A DNA stretch of 64,000 bases from Macrostomum lignano (taxonomy: Eukaryota): NCBI GenBank assembly GCA_002269645.1, contig NIVC01003606.1, positions 1-64,000 of the forward strand. The letters run 5' to 3'. The translations under genes were made by a program, and so were the position numbers. The notes under the pieces were generated by a model. That model had not been told where the DNA came from. It did not search any database and was given only the letters and a program-made list of their open reading frames with translations. Shown piece by piece: positions 62,605 through 64,000 of the stretch. The number at the start of each line of letters is the position of its first letter. The stretch's first letter is position 1.

Positions 62605-62862
62605 ATGCAGCCAGTCAGCGCTATCGCCATCTGCACCTTGTGCTTCCTGGTGGCCGCCACCTCCGCGGGGCTCGGGGCCGCCCAGGCCGAGGCCGGCAGC
62701 AGCGACTGCCGCCTTTCGCCAAGGGAGCTGAGCCGCACCGTGACGTCGCTCTACCGCAACTTCCTTATCTACCTGGAGGCGCAGGGTGAGACGGCCCTGG
62801 AGCTCGGTGGCCCGGTGAAACGCGGCCCAGCCAAGCGCAAAGACAAATACGTGTGGAGGTGA
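62605..62862 (+). CDS. Probable neuropeptide/prohormone precursor (may continue in a downstream exon)
   Basis: Signal-peptide-like MQPVSAIAICTLCFLVAATSA, a spacer, then dibasic sites in GGPVKR-GPAKR-KDKYVWR. It ends at TGGAG|GTGAGC, which reads either as a stop (TGA) or as a strong phase-2 donor. Confidence 0.65.
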   Translation: MQPVSAIAICTLCFLVAATSAGLGAAQAEAGSSDCRLSPRELSRTVTSLYRNFLIYLEAQGETALELGGPVKRGPAKRKDKYVWR

Positions 62863-64000
62863 GCCAGCCGCGTTGATGAATGCACCAATTTTAAGACAAT
62901 CCTGAGCACAACTGATCAAAGCAAACCAACTGCCTACTTTCCTACATAACTTCAGGCTTTGAAACTCCGAGCAGCACACAAGGGAAGCAAGGAACCTCGG
63001 ACCGGCAGCGAAGTCACTGATATCTATATCTGTGCCGCTTTGACTGACTGACAACACATTTTGCTTTGATAATAAAACAGTTTTTAGGAAAAAATACAAA
63101 AGCAAATCGCAACAAAGCTGCCCCTTAAAAGCCGATTATTGACATTAAAAATTGAGAAAAAAGGTTCGCTCTGAGCCTAACACAATAAGCTGGTAGTAGT
63201 TGAAGGCCGGCCCTGTAAATATATTGGTTTCAACGTAACACTTACAGTACAGTTACAGTAATATTAATAATAGTAGCAACGATATAATGATTATGAAATT
63301 TAAAAAAAAATTTAAACAGAAAAGTCGATTAGACGCAAAAGTGGCAAAACTGAACACAGCAAATAAAGGAGGCTTGGAGAAGAGTGGGGGGGTCGCAAAA
63401 AACTGGAAGTAGAGAAGCAAATACACAGCAAAAAAGGTACCAAAAAGGTCGAATAAAGGTACAAATACAAACAAGCATATATATAGTCTGTCAGAGGCGA
63501 CAATAATACGACACCTGGGGGAAAAAGGTTGCTAGAAAATTGTTTAACAAACGGAAAGCCACTAAGGAGAGGAGAAAAAACACAATGTGATAGCTAGATT
63601 GAGTTAATGGCTAGGATTCTGTGTCGATGTAAACTCGGGCCAATTCAATTAATCATTTAATAGTTAAAGCAATAAAAAACACAGAGAACGCAAAAAGCAA
63701 GGATTGCAAGAGAGATTTAATTTTTATGGATCAAGTTTCAAATACAAGCAAAACTAAATCCAGCGTATGGTCATAGGCGACAGAGATTTCAAATAGACCG
63801 GAATGAACTGAAGCCCTCAGCTCTTTGATAGTGTAATTATTAATAAATAATTAACAACAAAAAATAACGCTTCAAATTGCACACTTCTTATCCCGCAAAG
63901 CAGACACTAACAGAACTGGTTGGCGGAGCCTTTGTAAAAAATGAAGACAAAAATGAACGGCTTAGCACAGGACTTGTTAGTATTTAGAACATTAATGCAA

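Overview
Eukaryotic (metazoan) genomic DNA: short GC-rich coding exons separated by introns packed with locus-specific mini/microsatellites. The style suggests a flatworm such as Macrostomum, but that is inference only. Spliced genes were reconstructed by hand from GT-AG sites and reading phase. Minus strand: an E74/ELF-type ETS transcription factor (about 3.8-6.9 kb), a secreted fibrinogen-related protein (12.9-16.5 kb), an 11-exon GPR158/GPR179-like class C GPCR (17.4-36.2 kb, with two apparent 1-nt homopolymer frameshifts) and a TRAF4-like gene (42.2-49.3 kb). Plus strand: a possible orphan membrane protein (52.8-60.7 kb) and a probable neuropeptide/prohormone precursor (62.6-62.9 kb). Mobile DNA includes tRNA-derived SINEs with two head types on one core, a CAC..GTG MITE with 8-bp TSDs (2 copies) and a 2.46-kb foldback element with 151-bp subrepeats. 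The most notable feature is a ~250-bp structured element embedded in a (CAA)n tract. Its 5' end fits an HDV-like self-cleaving ribozyme whose predicted cut site falls at the microsatellite boundary, making it a candidate ribozyme-headed non-autonomous retroelement. Most long ORFs in the supplied track are artefacts of tandem repeats.
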